Source: Acidobacteriaceae bacterium
GTDB lineage: Bacteria > Acidobacteriota > Terriglobia > Terriglobales > Acidobacteriaceae
Direction of reading: 5' to 3'
NCBI GenBank assembly: GCA_003162255.1
Contig: PMMJ01000394.1
Span: 6,290-46,874 of the forward strand
Length of the DNA stretch: 40,585 bases
The position numbers and the translations under genes were made by a program. Of the stretch, positions 15,347 to 24,296 are shown in pieces. How positions within the stretch are numbered: the stretch's first letter is position 1; each line of letters opens with the position of its first letter. The notes below the pieces were generated by a model. It saw nothing but the letters and a program-made list of their open reading frames with translations, had not been told where the DNA came from and did no database searches.

Positions 15347-18300
15347 CTAGAAGGTGTAGTGCAAGCCGAGCTGTATATGCCGCTCTTGGGAGCGCACGCC
15401 GCTGATCGCACCGAAAGAGCTGTCGGTAACGCCGTTGTCCGGGTTGCCGTAGCTGGCAATGTTGAGAACATTGAAGAAGTCAGCCCGGAAGCCGACCACG
15501 TGCCCCTCACCCCATACGTGGAAATCCTTAAACAAGGACATGTCCACTTGGCGGTAGCCGGGGGCGCGCTCGGTGCTGTTGGGCGCGGTGCCGAACGTGT
15601 TCGAAGCCGCAACGCCGTAAGCGCAGGTTCCATTGTATGCGCCGGTTGGATTAGCTGGGTCGGGAACGCAGGGCTGTGCCGAAGGATCGGTTCCCCACCA
15701 GTTGGCGAGAGACCGGTTCCGGATGGTCATTTGGCGGTACTGATTGGCCCGGCTGAAGCCCCAACTGTTCGTGTTACTGTTGCCCGGTCCGAAGATGGTG
15801 ACGGGGAGTCCCGAATACAGGACGGCGGTGGTGGCGAGTCGCCATCCGCCAAGGGCTGCATCCAGGAATCCGTTCGCGTTCGCGCCATAGGTTCTGCCGC
15901 GGCCGAAGGGAAGCTCGTAGACACCCACGAAATTCAAGCTGTGGCGAACGTCCATGGCAGAAGGGCCGTAGTCGGCTTCGATATTGTAGCCGTCCTGGTG
16001 TGAGGACCCGTTGAAGCTAGTGCCCGACACCGCATAGTTCCCCGATGAGTCGGTCAACGACTTCGCAAAAGTGTAGTTCAGCGTGTATTCCAATCCGTGG
16101 TGAGTCCGTTGCCGCAAAGTCACTTGCGCCGAGTTGTAGGTCATCCGAGCCTGGGATTCGGTTATTAAGACAGCGCCGCATTCTCCCACGAGGTTGTAAT
16201 AGGGCGTCTGGTCAACCGCGGGAATAACTGAAGCTCCGCAATTCCCACCAAGGTCCTGCGCCTGCGCCGTGGTGAGTTGATTGCCGTTGCGGTAGTCGGC
16301 GAGGTGATGGCCGCTCTGGCCGTGATATCCGACAGACAGCGATAATGTGCCGGTGAGCGCATACTCGCCAGTCAGGCTGACTTGATGGATGTAGGCAGGC
16401 TGGGTGTTCTGCGGCCAAACCGAATACAAGGAGTTATTGATGCCGAGCGGCTGACTGAAAGCATCCGCGACCGTGAAGGGCGTGCCGCCGGAAGTCCCTG
16501 AGGGGACCGGGGCAGTGCTGTTGATGGCAAGAGAAAAAGGAGGACTAGAGGTCAGGCGCTGGTTGAACGAATAGCCCTCAAAGAAGCTGGTGGCGCCGTA
16601 ACCGCCGCGAATCACCAATTTGGGCTTCGCCTGGAAAGCGAAGCCCAGGCGGGGCATGACCTGTCTGTAATTGGCATCGTAACAAGCGCGGGTTGGACAG
16701 ATAGTCGATCCCGCAACCGCTCCGGCGGGGACGTTTCCCGCGTATTCGACGGTGCCGTTGGGCAGGACGTTGGCAGTCTTATTGTTCTGTTCGTACCAAG
16801 GTTGATCGTATTCGTAGCGAACTCCGAGGTTGAGGGTAAGCCTCGATGTCACCTTGAAATCGTCCTGGAAGTAGCCTGCAAGACGCCACTGCCGGTTGCC
16901 CACCCAGCCGAGAGGGGATGCGAGTTGCGTGTTGGTGATCCGGCCAAGGACGAAGTCCGCCGCACCCCAGCCATTCCCAGCCGGCAGGCCAGTGTATTTA
17001 CCGCTATAAGTGAACTGCCCGAGGAACCCCACGTTGCCGGCATTGAGATAGTTCTGCTGGTAGCGGGTTGCCTGCCCACCGATGGAGAGGTAATGGCGTC
17101 CACGCTGCCAGGTGAGGTTGTCATAGTAGTTGAAGGTATTGTCGGTAAAGACTTGGGGATTGGCATTGGTGCCAATGTAGCTGACGCCGTTGTTGATGCT
17201 CTGTCCGGTAAACCCGACATACTTCTGAGTGCCAAATGGAATGCCGACTTTCGCGTCGCCGGTCAGTCCGAACTGACCGGTTGGGTCACTCGGCACGCCG
17301 TTGTTCCAGCGTACACGCGTGAAGCCAAAGCGGGCTTCATTGATGAGGGAGGGCGAGAAGGTGTGAACCCAACTCGCGCCCGCAATCTTCGTTGGATAGG
17401 TATTGAAGTTGGGGAACGACACTGGGATTATGGCAGTGGTGTGGTCGCTGCCCTTGCCCTGGGAATAGAAGCCATTGATTTTGTTGACATTGCCCGGCGT
17501 CCAGTCGACCTTGAAGTCCTCCTGGTTGTTCGATACGAAGGTGCTTTGTGGGCCGACGAAGTCGCCTGCGATCAGTCCATCCCCGCCACTTGATGGTGGT
17601 ACGGGCGGCCGATTGGGGAGCGGATAGAGTTCGGGATGGGCGAATAGGTACGTTGCCACCGGATTCAAGATGGGCACGCCTTGGTCTCCCGTGTAGGGAG
17701 CAAAGTTGTTCTGGGTATCATACAACTGCGTGGGCGTCACATTGGGCGTTGTCAAGAGGGCTGAGAAGTCCCCAGTGCGCATAGCTGGCGTCAGAACGCT
17801 GGCGGCGCTCAAGCCGCCAGAATGATGGCGTATGCCCTCGTAGTCGCCAAAGAAGAAGAGCTTGTTGCGAACGACTGGTCCCCCAAAAGTTCCGCCAAAG
17901 ATGTTCTGCGTGTACGAGTTCTTGGGCGTTACAGGATTGCTGAGCCCGTTGATCCAACTGTTGGCATCGAGCTTCTCGTTCTGCAGCAAGTCGTAGAGCG
18001 AGCCGTGGAAGTGGTTCGTCCCAGACTTCAGAATGGTCACGATCGCCCCGCCACTGGCGTTTCCATAGGTGGCGTTCGCGTTCGCCGAGACTACCCGCAC
18101 TTCGGCAATGGCATCGGGCGCTGGGTTATAGCCGATGAGGTTATTCTGCGGTTCGTTGTCTTCGGCGCCTTCGATGGTGTAGTTGTTCCCCTGTTCGCGG
18201 TTTCCGTTGATCGAGGCGATACCGCTGTTATAGGTATTGCGCTCGATGGCGTTGTTTCCACTCATGCCGGTCGGGTCGGTATCGATTGCGCCGGGCTGGA

Positions 18301-18781
18301 ACAGCGTGAGGGCGGAGAAATTGCGTCCGTTCAGGGGGATGTTTGCGATCTCATTGGTGGAGAGGGTGTTTCCGAGGGTGGCATCGCTGGTATCGAGGAT
18401 AGGATGCATTTCAGCCCTGACCACCACGAGGGTGGAGGCGCCGATTTCCATGCTGGCGTTGAACTTTGCCGTCTGGTCGATCTCAAGGGTAAAGGGCAAA
18501 ATTTTCTGCGTGGTAAACCCAGTCGCCTCGATGCTCAAGGTATAGGTACCGATGGGCAAAAAGCGAATGGTGTACTCCCCCGATCCATTCGTTTGCGCGG
18601 AAGTTCTCACGGAGGTTGCGGTGTTTTCGGCGGTGACTTTTGCACCAACGATAACGGCGCCGCTCGGGTCGGTCACTTGGCCTGTGATCGAACCAGTAAC
18701 GGTTTGCCCTAACGCGGTCGACAGGCACAATAGGGCTGCGAGCGAGCATCCGACAAAATACTGGACCAGTTTTGTTTTCAT
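15347..18781 (-). CDS. Oar-like TonB-dependent receptor with a carboxypeptidase-regulatory-like N-domain and recognisable plug
   Basis: Signal peptide, then a CarboxypepD_reg-like domain (GSITGQVTDPSGAVIVGAKVTAENTAT...GEYTIRFLPIGTYTL). A plug-like region follows (IANIPLNGRNFSALTLFQPG...INGNREQGNNYTIEG). The barrel ends in ...LGLHYTF. GAGGA sits 5-6 nt upstream of the ATG. Confidence 0.85.
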   Translation of the reverse strand: MKTKLVQYFVGCSLAALLCLSTALGQTVTGSITGQVTDPSGAVIVGAKVTAENTATSVRTSAQTNGSGEYTIRFLPIGTYTLSIEATGFTTQKILPFTLEIDQTAKFNASMEIGASTLVVVRAEMHPILDTSDATLGNTLSTNEIANIPLNGRNFSALTLFQPGAIDTDPTGMSGNNAIERNTYNSGIASINGNREQGNNYTIEGAEDNEPQNNLIGYNPAPDAIAEVRVVSANANATYGNASGGAIVTILKSGTNHFHGSLYDLLQNEKLDANSWINGLSNPVTPKNSYTQNIFGGTFGGPVVRNKLFFFGDYEGIRHHSGGLSAASVLTPAMRTGDFSALLTTPNVTPTQLYDTQNNFAPYTGDQGVPILNPVATYLFAHPELYPLPNRPPVPPSSGGDGLIAGDFVGPQSTFVSNNQEDFKVDWTPGNVNKINGFYSQGKGSDHTTAIIPVSFPNFNTYPTKIAGASWVHTFSPSLINEARFGFTRVRWNNGVPSDPTGQFGLTGDAKVGIPFGTQKYVGFTGQSINNGVSYIGTNANPQVFTDNTFNYYDNLTWQRGRHYLSIGGQATRYQQNYLNAGNVGFLGQFTYSGKYTGLPAGNGWGAADFVLGRITNTQLASPLGWVGNRQWRLAGYFQDDFKVTSRLTLNLGVRYEYDQPWYEQNNKTANVLPNGTVEYAGNVPAGAVAGSTICPTRACYDANYRQVMPRLGFAFQAKPKLVIRGGYGATSFFEGYSFNQRLTSSPPFSLAINSTAPVPSGTSGGTPFTVADAFSQPLGINNSLYSVWPQNTQPAYIHQVSLTGEYALTGTLSLSVGYHGQSGHHLADYRNGNQLTTAQAQDLGGNCGASVIPAVDQTPYYNLVGECGAVLITESQARMTYNSAQVTLRQRTHHGLEYTLNYTFAKSLTDSSGNYAVSGTSFNGSSHQDGYNIEADYGPSAMDVRHSLNFVGVYELPFGRGRTYGANANGFLDAALGGWRLATTAVLYSGLPVTIFGPGNSNTNSWGFSRANQYRQMTIRNRSLANWWGTDPSAQPCVPDPANPTGAYNGTCAYGVAASNTFGTAPNSTERAPGYRQVDMSLFKDFHVWGEGHVVGFRADFFNVLNIASYGNPDNGVTDSSFGAISGVRSQERHIQLGLHYTF

Positions 18782-18851
18782 GAGATCCTCGTTTCAGTCG
18801 TTCTGGCTAAGTGCCCGGGGAAGGGCGGCACTGAAAGAACTTGGCCGGGAG

Positions 18852-18882
18852 AATCTAAGCTCTGATGCCCAGTCTTTGTCAA
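18852..18882 (-). promoter_or_regulatory. Candidate sigma70-type promoter for the receptor gene
   Basis: On the minus strand there is a perfect TTGACA (18877-18882), a 19-nt spacer, then TAGATT (18852-18857). This lies about 70 nt upstream of the ATG at 18781. The spacer is longer than optimal. Confidence 0.3.
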
Positions 18883-18890
18883 GCAAAAAA

Positions 18891-18926
18891 TGATCGCAAC
18901 TGCATCAAACGATCAAGTTATTGATC
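18891..18926. promoter_or_regulatory. Overlapping inverted repeats; candidate DeoR-type operator
   Basis: TGATCG (18891-18896) pairs with CGATCA (18910-18915). GATCAA-GTTA-TTGATC occupies 18911-18926. Both lie in the 208-nt divergent region between the receptor and DeoR genes. Confidence 0.35.
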
Positions 18927-18949
18927 TATTGCCACTAGTCGGCGATACT
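18921..18949 (+). promoter_or_regulatory. Candidate promoter of the DeoR regulator gene
   Basis: TTGATC (18921-18926), a 17-nt spacer, then GATACT (18944-18949). The -35 hexamer is the right arm of the palindrome at 18911-18926. Confidence 0.3.
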
Positions 18950-18989
18950 GTGTGAGCGTTTGGGACTGCGATAAACAAGCACATACACC

Positions 18990-19775
18990 ATGTCTGCCCG
19001 CCAACAGCACCGCAACGATCAAATTCTGAAGCTCCTGCTGCACAAGGGTTCCGTAACTGTAGAAGAGCTGATCGCTTCTTTGGGAGCGTCGGCTCCGAGT
19101 ATCCGTCGGGATTTGACGCGCCTGGAAGCCCGAGGATTGATCCGGCGAACCCATGGCGGCGCGGCGCTGGTTCAGGAATTGCTCTATGAGCCGTTTCGCT
19201 ACGACACGGCCTTCCAGACCCGCGAGCATCGCTTTGTGAAGGAGAAACGGCACATCGGCGTGGCCGCTGCCGAACTGATCGAAGAGAACGAGACCATCGG
19301 CCTGACGGCGGGCACCACCACCACTTGGGTGGCGCGGAGCTTGCGTCATCGCAGCAACATCACCATCGTCACCAACGCGGTCAACATCGGCATGGAACTT
19401 TGCAACATGCCGGGTCTCAAGATCCACTTGACGGGAGGCTACCTGCACTGGCCTTGGTCGTTTTCGCTGGTGGGGGCTGCGGCCATCAATTTCCTCGGCG
19501 ATCGTTTCCTCGACAAACTTTTTCTCAGCGTCTCCGGCATCGACGCCAGCCGCGGAACCACCACCAACGAATCGGACGAGGCCCTCACCTTTCGCGCCAT
19601 GGTGAAACAGGCTAAGCAGGTGATCGTGGTGGCCGATTCCAGCAAGCTCGGGATCGTCACCCCGTCGTTGATCTGTCCGATCGAGAACGTGCATGTGCTG
19701 GTGACCGATGCGGGCGCTTCCGATGAAATGGTTGCGGCGTTCACCGGGAACGGAATCAGAGTGATTCGAGTGTAG
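18990..19775 (+). CDS. DeoR/GlpR family transcriptional regulator
   Basis: N-terminal HTH (ILKLLLHKGSVTVEELIASLGASAPSIRRDLTRLEARGLIRRTHGGA) followed by a DeoR C-terminal sugar-phosphate sensor-like domain. Confidence 0.9.
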   Translation: MSARQQHRNDQILKLLLHKGSVTVEELIASLGASAPSIRRDLTRLEARGLIRRTHGGAALVQELLYEPFRYDTAFQTREHRFVKEKRHIGVAAAELIEENETIGLTAGTTTTWVARSLRHRSNITIVTNAVNIGMELCNMPGLKIHLTGGYLHWPWSFSLVGAAAINFLGDRFLDKLFLSVSGIDASRGTTTNESDEALTFRAMVKQAKQVIVVADSSKLGIVTPSLICPIENVHVLVTDAGASDEMVAAFTGNGIRVIRV

Positions 19776-19859
19776 CGGGTGCTGACGGCATCGCGCCTCC
19801 CAAGTTCTCCGTGAAACAACTTAATCGGAGGTTCCTTAAAAGAAAATTCAAGGAAAGTT

Positions 19860-19889
19860 GTTGACGCGCGATCCAAACTGCACTTAAAG
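19860..19889 (+). promoter_or_regulatory. Candidate sigma70-type promoter upstream of the dienelactone hydrolase gene
   Basis: TTGACG (19860-19865), an 18-nt spacer, then TAAAGT (19884-19889), preceded by an AT-rich stretch. Confidence 0.3.
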
Positions 19890-19958
19890 TACCGTGCATT
19901 CCCCGTAGTCGGCATACTGATAGTCAGCACTCCACGAGTGGGCGTTGCAGGAAAAGCC

Positions 19959-20864
19959 ATGACAGACGACCAGAAAAACCAAACGACGAAAGATACGCAT
20001 CCTGGAGACCTCACACGGCGCGGCTTTGCAGCCCTCATGGTAGGTGCGGGCCTGGCCGCAACAACAAAGGCAATGGCACAGCCGGCGGCAGCGGGCCTTG
20101 AGTTGGCCGAAGCCGACGTTGAGATCAAGACTCCGGACGGAACTTGCGATGCTGCATTCATTCATCCGAAATCCGGTTCCTATCCGGGCGTGCTCGTCTG
20201 GCCCGACGCATTCGGCTTACGGCCCTCGATGGGCGCCATAGGCAGGCGTATCGCCGCGGAGGGATATTCCGTCCTCGTGCCCAATCCTTTTTATCGCGTG
20301 GCCAAAGCTCCTTTCTCGGATGCCTCCAATTTCAACTTCCAGAATGCGGACGATATGGCGAAGCTTCGTCCGCTGATGGCGTCGGTGAACGAGCCCGGCA
20401 ACGCCGAGAAGGATGCCGCCGCATACATCGCCTTCCTCGATGCGCAAAGAGAAGTGAACAAGGCAAAGAAGATCGGAACCCAGGGTTACTGCATGGGCGG
20501 AGCGCTGGTGGTGCGGACCGCCGCAGCATTGCCCGACCGCATTGGTGCGGGTGCGTCGTTCCACGGCGGAGGCCTGGTGACCGACAAGCCCGATAGTCCG
20601 CATCTGCTCGCGCCGAAAATCAAGGCTCGTATGTATTTCGGGATCGCGTCGAACGACGACGAGCGTCAGCCCGATGCCAAGGACAAACTGAAGGAAGCCT
20701 TTGCAGCCGCCAAGGTCCAAGCCGAAATCGAAGTGTATTCCGCTCAGCATGGCTGGTGCGTGCCGGATATGCCGGTCCGCGACGGCGTGCCGATCTATAA
20801 CAAGCCCGAAGCCGAGCGTGCCTGGGCGAAACTCGGCGCCTTATATAAAGCGGCCCTGGCCTAG
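19959..20864 (+). CDS. Dienelactone hydrolase family protein with a Tat-like signal
   Basis: Twin-arginine-like N-terminus (LTRRGFAALMVGAGLAATTKAMA). The GYCMGG nucleophile elbow carries Cys, as in dienelactone hydrolases. The ATG at 19959 follows AGGAAA, whereas the ORF-track start at 19938 is GTG. Confidence 0.8.
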   Translation: MTDDQKNQTTKDTHPGDLTRRGFAALMVGAGLAATTKAMAQPAAAGLELAEADVEIKTPDGTCDAAFIHPKSGSYPGVLVWPDAFGLRPSMGAIGRRIAAEGYSVLVPNPFYRVAKAPFSDASNFNFQNADDMAKLRPLMASVNEPGNAEKDAAAYIAFLDAQREVNKAKKIGTQGYCMGGALVVRTAAALPDRIGAGASFHGGGLVTDKPDSPHLLAPKIKARMYFGIASNDDERQPDAKDKLKEAFAAAKVQAEIEVYSAQHGWCVPDMPVRDGVPIYNKPEAERAWAKLGALYKAALA

Positions 20865-20960
20865 AGCGGGCAGGGCACGGCGTTAGCGTGCCTTCTGGAT
20901 TTAGCCCGAAGGCGAGGACCCGCCTCGTCATCCGGCCGCCTTCGCTGCAGAGTTTGCGTT

Positions 20961-21003
20961 CGGCTGGACGGGCGAGACGCCGTCCCTCCACGAACTCCAT
21001 CGT
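20961..21003 (-). repeat. REP-like GC-rich hairpin element, copy A (inverted orientation, weakened stem)
   Basis: The reverse complement reads ACGATGGAG...GGACGGCGTCTCGCCCGTCCAGCCG. It shares CGTCTCGCCCGTCCAGCCG (19 nt) and the ACGATGGAG prefix with copy B at 24981-25031. Confidence 0.55.
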
Positions 21004-21042
21004 TTACAATCAAAGATTCTCTTTCGATTGGAAAACATAATC

Positions 21043-22842
21043 ATGCACCGCTGGTCGCAACTTTTTATTCCTACGCTTCGCGAGGCTCCGGCTGATGCCG
21101 AAGTCGCTAGCCACAAGCTGCTGGTCCGCGCTGGATATATTCGTCAACTGGGCGCTGGCATCTACTCGTTTCTATTCCTGGGCAATCGCACTACCCAGAA
21201 GATCATGGGCATCGTCCGCGAGGAGATGGACAAGATCGGGCAGGAGTTCTACCTGCCGGCGCTGCATCCGCGTGAAATTTGGGAGGCTAGCGGACGCTGG
21301 GTGGCGATGGGCGAAAACATGTTTCGCCTCAAGGACCGCAAGGGCGCCGACCTCTGTCTGGGCATGACCCACGAAGAAGTCATGACTGACATCGCGCGCA
21401 AGGAGCTGCGCAGCTACAAGCAACTGCCGCAGATCTGGTATCAGATTCAGACCAAGTTTCGCGACGAGCCTCGTCCCAAGTCGGGCCTGCTGCGGGTGCG
21501 TCAGTTCATCATGAAGGACGCTTACTCGTTCGACATCGATGCCACTGGACTCGACGTCTCCTACCAGAAGCATTACGACACCTACTGCCGTATCTTCGAC
21601 CGCTGCGGCCTGAAGTACATGGTGATCGATGCGCACTCCGGCGCGATGGGCGGATCGCAGTCGCAGGAATTCATGGTGCGCACTCCCGCCGGCGAGGACC
21701 AGGTCGTGAGCTGCGAGAAATGCAACTACGCGGCGAATATGGAGAAGGCTACTTCAAAGCTCGCTCCGGTCGAGGACCTGAAGCCCGAGGGCGATGGCAA
21801 GCCGCTGCTGATCCATACGCCGGGCAAAGGCGCGATCGCGGATGTATCGGAGTTCCTGCAGATTTCCGCCAAGCAGGACATCAAGGCGGTGGCCTACATG
21901 GCGCAGAAGCCCGGTGACGACGGCAAGATGATGGAGCAGCCGGTCGTGGCTTTCCTGCGCGGCGATCACACCGTGAACGAAACCAAGCTGCTCACGCTGG
22001 TAAAGGCGAGCCAGGTTCGTCCCATGCAGACCGAGGAAGTGGAACTCTGCTTTCAGGGCCCCGGCGGCTTCATTGGGCCGATTGGCTTGGTGGTAAAGCC
22101 CAAGGAAGCGCTCGCCGGGTGGGATGTGAAGAAGCAGGGCGGCGATCCGCGGGCGGTCACCGTCGTACTCGATGAGGGACTGATTGGTCGCGTCAACATG
22201 ATCTGCGGCGCCAACAAGCTCGACTATCACCTGAAGAACGTGACGCCGGGGAGGGATTTCCAGTACACCGTTGCCGCCGACATCCGCAGCGTGACGGCGG
22301 GCGAAGACTGCCCGAATTGCGGTGCGCCCCTGCGCATCGATACCGCGGTTGAGGTTGGACACATCTTCAAGCTGGGTTACAAGTATTCGGAATCGATGGG
22401 CGCCCACGTGCTCGACCGTAACGGTAAGGAGGTCACGCCGATCATGGGCAGCTATGGGATTGGCATCGAGCGCATCCTGACGGCGGCCGTGGAGCAGAAT
22501 AACGACGAGAACGGATTCTGGCTGCCGCCTTCCATCGCGCCGTTTGAAGTGGTGGTGGTGGCCACCAACTCCAAAGACGAGGCGGTGCGCAGCGCTTCCG
22601 AGGACATCGCTCGGCAACTGGAGGCTTCTGGATACGACGTTTTGCTGGATGATCGGGACGAGAGGCCGGGGGTGAAGTTCAAGGACGCCGACCTGGTGGG
22701 CATCCCCTTTCGCGTCAACGTGGGCAAGAAGGTTACCGAAGGCACCATCGAGGTCGTTCGGCGCTCGACTCTGCAGAGGGAGGACGTTAAGATTTCAGTC
22801 ATAACGGAGTATTTCCAGGATCTGCGTCCGGCCGCTCGCTAA
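21043..22842 (+). CDS. proS: Proline--tRNA ligase (bacterial type with INS editing domain)
   Basis: [27 protein letters not shown]..., class II motif [25 protein letters not shown], an inserted editing domain and a C-terminal anticodon-binding domain. ATG at 21043 is preferred over TTG at 21028. Confidence 0.95.
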   Translation: MHRWSQLFIPTLREAPADAEVASHKLLVRAGYIRQLGAGIYSFLFLGNRTTQKIMGIVREEMDKIGQEFYLPALHPREIWEASGRWVAMGENMFRLKDRKGADLCLGMTHEEVMTDIARKELRSYKQLPQIWYQIQTKFRDEPRPKSGLLRVRQFIMKDAYSFDIDATGLDVSYQKHYDTYCRIFDRCGLKYMVIDAHSGAMGGSQSQEFMVRTPAGEDQVVSCEKCNYAANMEKATSKLAPVEDLKPEGDGKPLLIHTPGKGAIADVSEFLQISAKQDIKAVAYMAQKPGDDGKMMEQPVVAFLRGDHTVNETKLLTLVKASQVRPMQTEEVELCFQGPGGFIGPIGLVVKPKEALAGWDVKKQGGDPRAVTVVLDEGLIGRVNMICGANKLDYHLKNVTPGRDFQYTVAADIRSVTAGEDCPNCGAPLRIDTAVEVGHIFKLGYKYSESMGAHVLDRNGKEVTPIMGSYGIGIERILTAAVEQNNDENGFWLPPSIAPFEVVVVATNSKDEAVRSASEDIARQLEASGYDVLLDDRDERPGVKFKDADLVGIPFRVNVGKKVTEGTIEVVRRSTLQREDVKISVITEYFQDLRPAAR

Positions 22843-22918
22843 CCGGCGAAATGGGCCGGCGCAGAACGGAAAGCTCACAACTGAAACTCGCATCCAGCGA
22901 GCGGGCGACTGTTTTCTT

Positions 22919-23275
22919 ATGGCAACTCTCAAACTACTCCTCGGCGCGGCGATCCTCGGGGTGTTGGTGCTGGTAGCGATCAAGGTGATCCCGCCGTACT
23001 TCTCGAACTACGAACTCGAGGATGCGATCAAGACCGAGGCGCTGAACGCAACCTACTCCACGCGCTCGGAAGATGACGTTCGCGACGCGGTCATCAAGCA
23101 GGCGCGCAACTACGATATTGCGCTGACTCCCAAGCAGGTGCATGTCTCCCGGCTGGGCGGGTTCGGCAGTGGCAGTCTTAACATCGAAGTCGATTACAGC
23201 GTTCCGATTGACCTGCCTGGCTATTCCACAACGATTGAGTTCCATCCCGCGACAAAGAACAAAGGCGTCTACTAA
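22919..23275 (+). CDS. Small membrane-anchored protein, DUF4845-like
   Basis: A single N-terminal TM (LLLGAAILGVLVLVAIKVIPPYF) is followed by a roughly 90-aa soluble domain. The layout and the K-x-x-P-x-Y motif resemble DUF4845 proteins; this is from recollection and was not searched. Confidence 0.6.
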   Translation: MATLKLLLGAAILGVLVLVAIKVIPPYFSNYELEDAIKTEALNATYSTRSEDDVRDAVIKQARNYDIALTPKQVHVSRLGGFGSGSLNIEVDYSVPIDLPGYSTTIEFHPATKNKGVY

Positions 23276-23390
23276 GAACAGCTCTTCGCTTTTGGCTCTT
23301 GGCTCCGATTCCGGCTAGTGTTGAGTTCGCAAGTTCGTGGCATAAATCCGCCCTGCCATCTTGACCAAAGCCCCAGTGAGATTTGAAGAA

Positions 23391-23600
23391 CTAGGCTGCC
23401 AGACGCTGCAAAATCTGCTTGCCCAGCTTTTGCGATTCGCCGAAAGCTTTCTGGTATGCGACGAAGATACGATTCAACTCCAGCGACTCGTCGGCGGTGA
23501 GTTTGCGCCGCAACATCATATCGCGCACGTGGACGGGGTTGGGCAGGGTTGCGTCTTCGGTCAGTTCTTCGAGGGCGGTCGCGGGATTGTAGTGGTACAT
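23391..23600 (-). CDS. Hypothetical small protein (69 aa)
   Basis: The ATG-initiated ORF has G/C-dominated third codon positions and a charged, helical-looking sequence. No clear Shine-Dalgarno is present. The overlapping plus-strand ORF 23361..23741 looks non-coding. Confidence 0.45.
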   Translation of the reverse strand: MYHYNPATALEELTEDATLPNPVHVRDMMLRRKLTADESLELNRIFVAYQKAFGESQKLGKQILQRLAA

Positions 23601-23779
23601 CGTTACATTCTATCGTTGCGGGGAGAATTTCTCAGCCATCCATTTGCTTGCTCTGCTGTCGATTGTTCTACCATTCAGTTCCGCCATTCGCCCTGTCGGC
23701 CATCCGTAGGTTCTGCCGCGGTTCCACGATCGATTGTCTAGCAGGCAGTTGCACAGCGGTCCGCCGCCGTCCTTGGCGC

Positions 23780-24211
23780 TTAATGCCTTAGAGTCGGAGC
23801 AGGCTCTTTTGCCCGCTGGGCCCGTCCCAGCACTTCCTTTACCATTTCCGCCAAGTGATCGGAGAGAGTGGATTTCTCGAAGTAGGCGGCCGCGCCTTCG
23901 CTGATGAGTTTTTCCTCGTTTTTCTGCGACAGGCTGGTGAGCACGATGACTGGAATATGCATGGTGGCGGGATTTGCTTTCAGGGCTCTGAGGACGTCTT
24001 GGCCGCTGATTTTCGGAAGCATCATGTCGAGCAGAATGATGTCGGGCAGTTCATCATTAGCGGCCTGCAACGCTTCCTCGCCGTCGGCGGCGGTGATGAC
24101 CTCGAAGCCGGCTTTGGACAGAGTGCGCTCCGTGACCATGCGGAGGAACTTGCTGTCGTCGACCAAGAGCACCTTGGGATTCGAAACGGTCACGTGCACC
24201 TCACGGTCCAT
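23780..24211 (-). CDS. Single-domain response regulator (CheY-like receiver)
   Basis: KVLLVDDSKFLR...PDIILLDMMLPKISG...PVIVLTS...K is the receiver-domain signature with the conserved Asp pocket. The start is taken at the ATG at 24209-24211. There is no output domain and no adjacent histidine kinase. Confidence 0.85.
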   Translation of the reverse strand: MDREVHVTVSNPKVLLVDDSKFLRMVTERTLSKAGFEVITAADGEEALQAANDELPDIILLDMMLPKISGQDVLRALKANPATMHIPVIVLTSLSQKNEEKLISEGAAAYFEKSTLSDHLAEMVKEVLGRAQRAKEPAPTLRH

Positions 24212-24296
24212 ACATCGGCCTGGCGGCGGAAAACCTTGAATCCCGGCGCGGGCTCTGTGCAGTCTCGGCCGGCCAGATTGCTGAAAGAGTCCGTTG

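Noticed and set aside
16802-18712. Plus-strand ORFs of 263 aa and 296 aa.
   Set aside because: Both are antisense to the second TonB-dependent receptor gene and show the same compositional artefact.
18918-20161. Minus-strand ORFs of 258 aa and 240 aa.
   Set aside because: They are antisense to the DeoR regulator and dienelactone hydrolase genes, both of which have clear family signatures on the plus strand.
21754-22617. A 287-aa minus-strand ORF.
   Set aside because: It is antisense to proS, which is unambiguous.
23361-23741. A 126-aa plus-strand ORF overlapping the 69-aa minus-strand ORF.
   Set aside because: Its codon third positions and Cys/Arg/Phe-rich composition are poor. The minus-strand 69-aa frame has the better coding signature, though it is itself only moderately supported.
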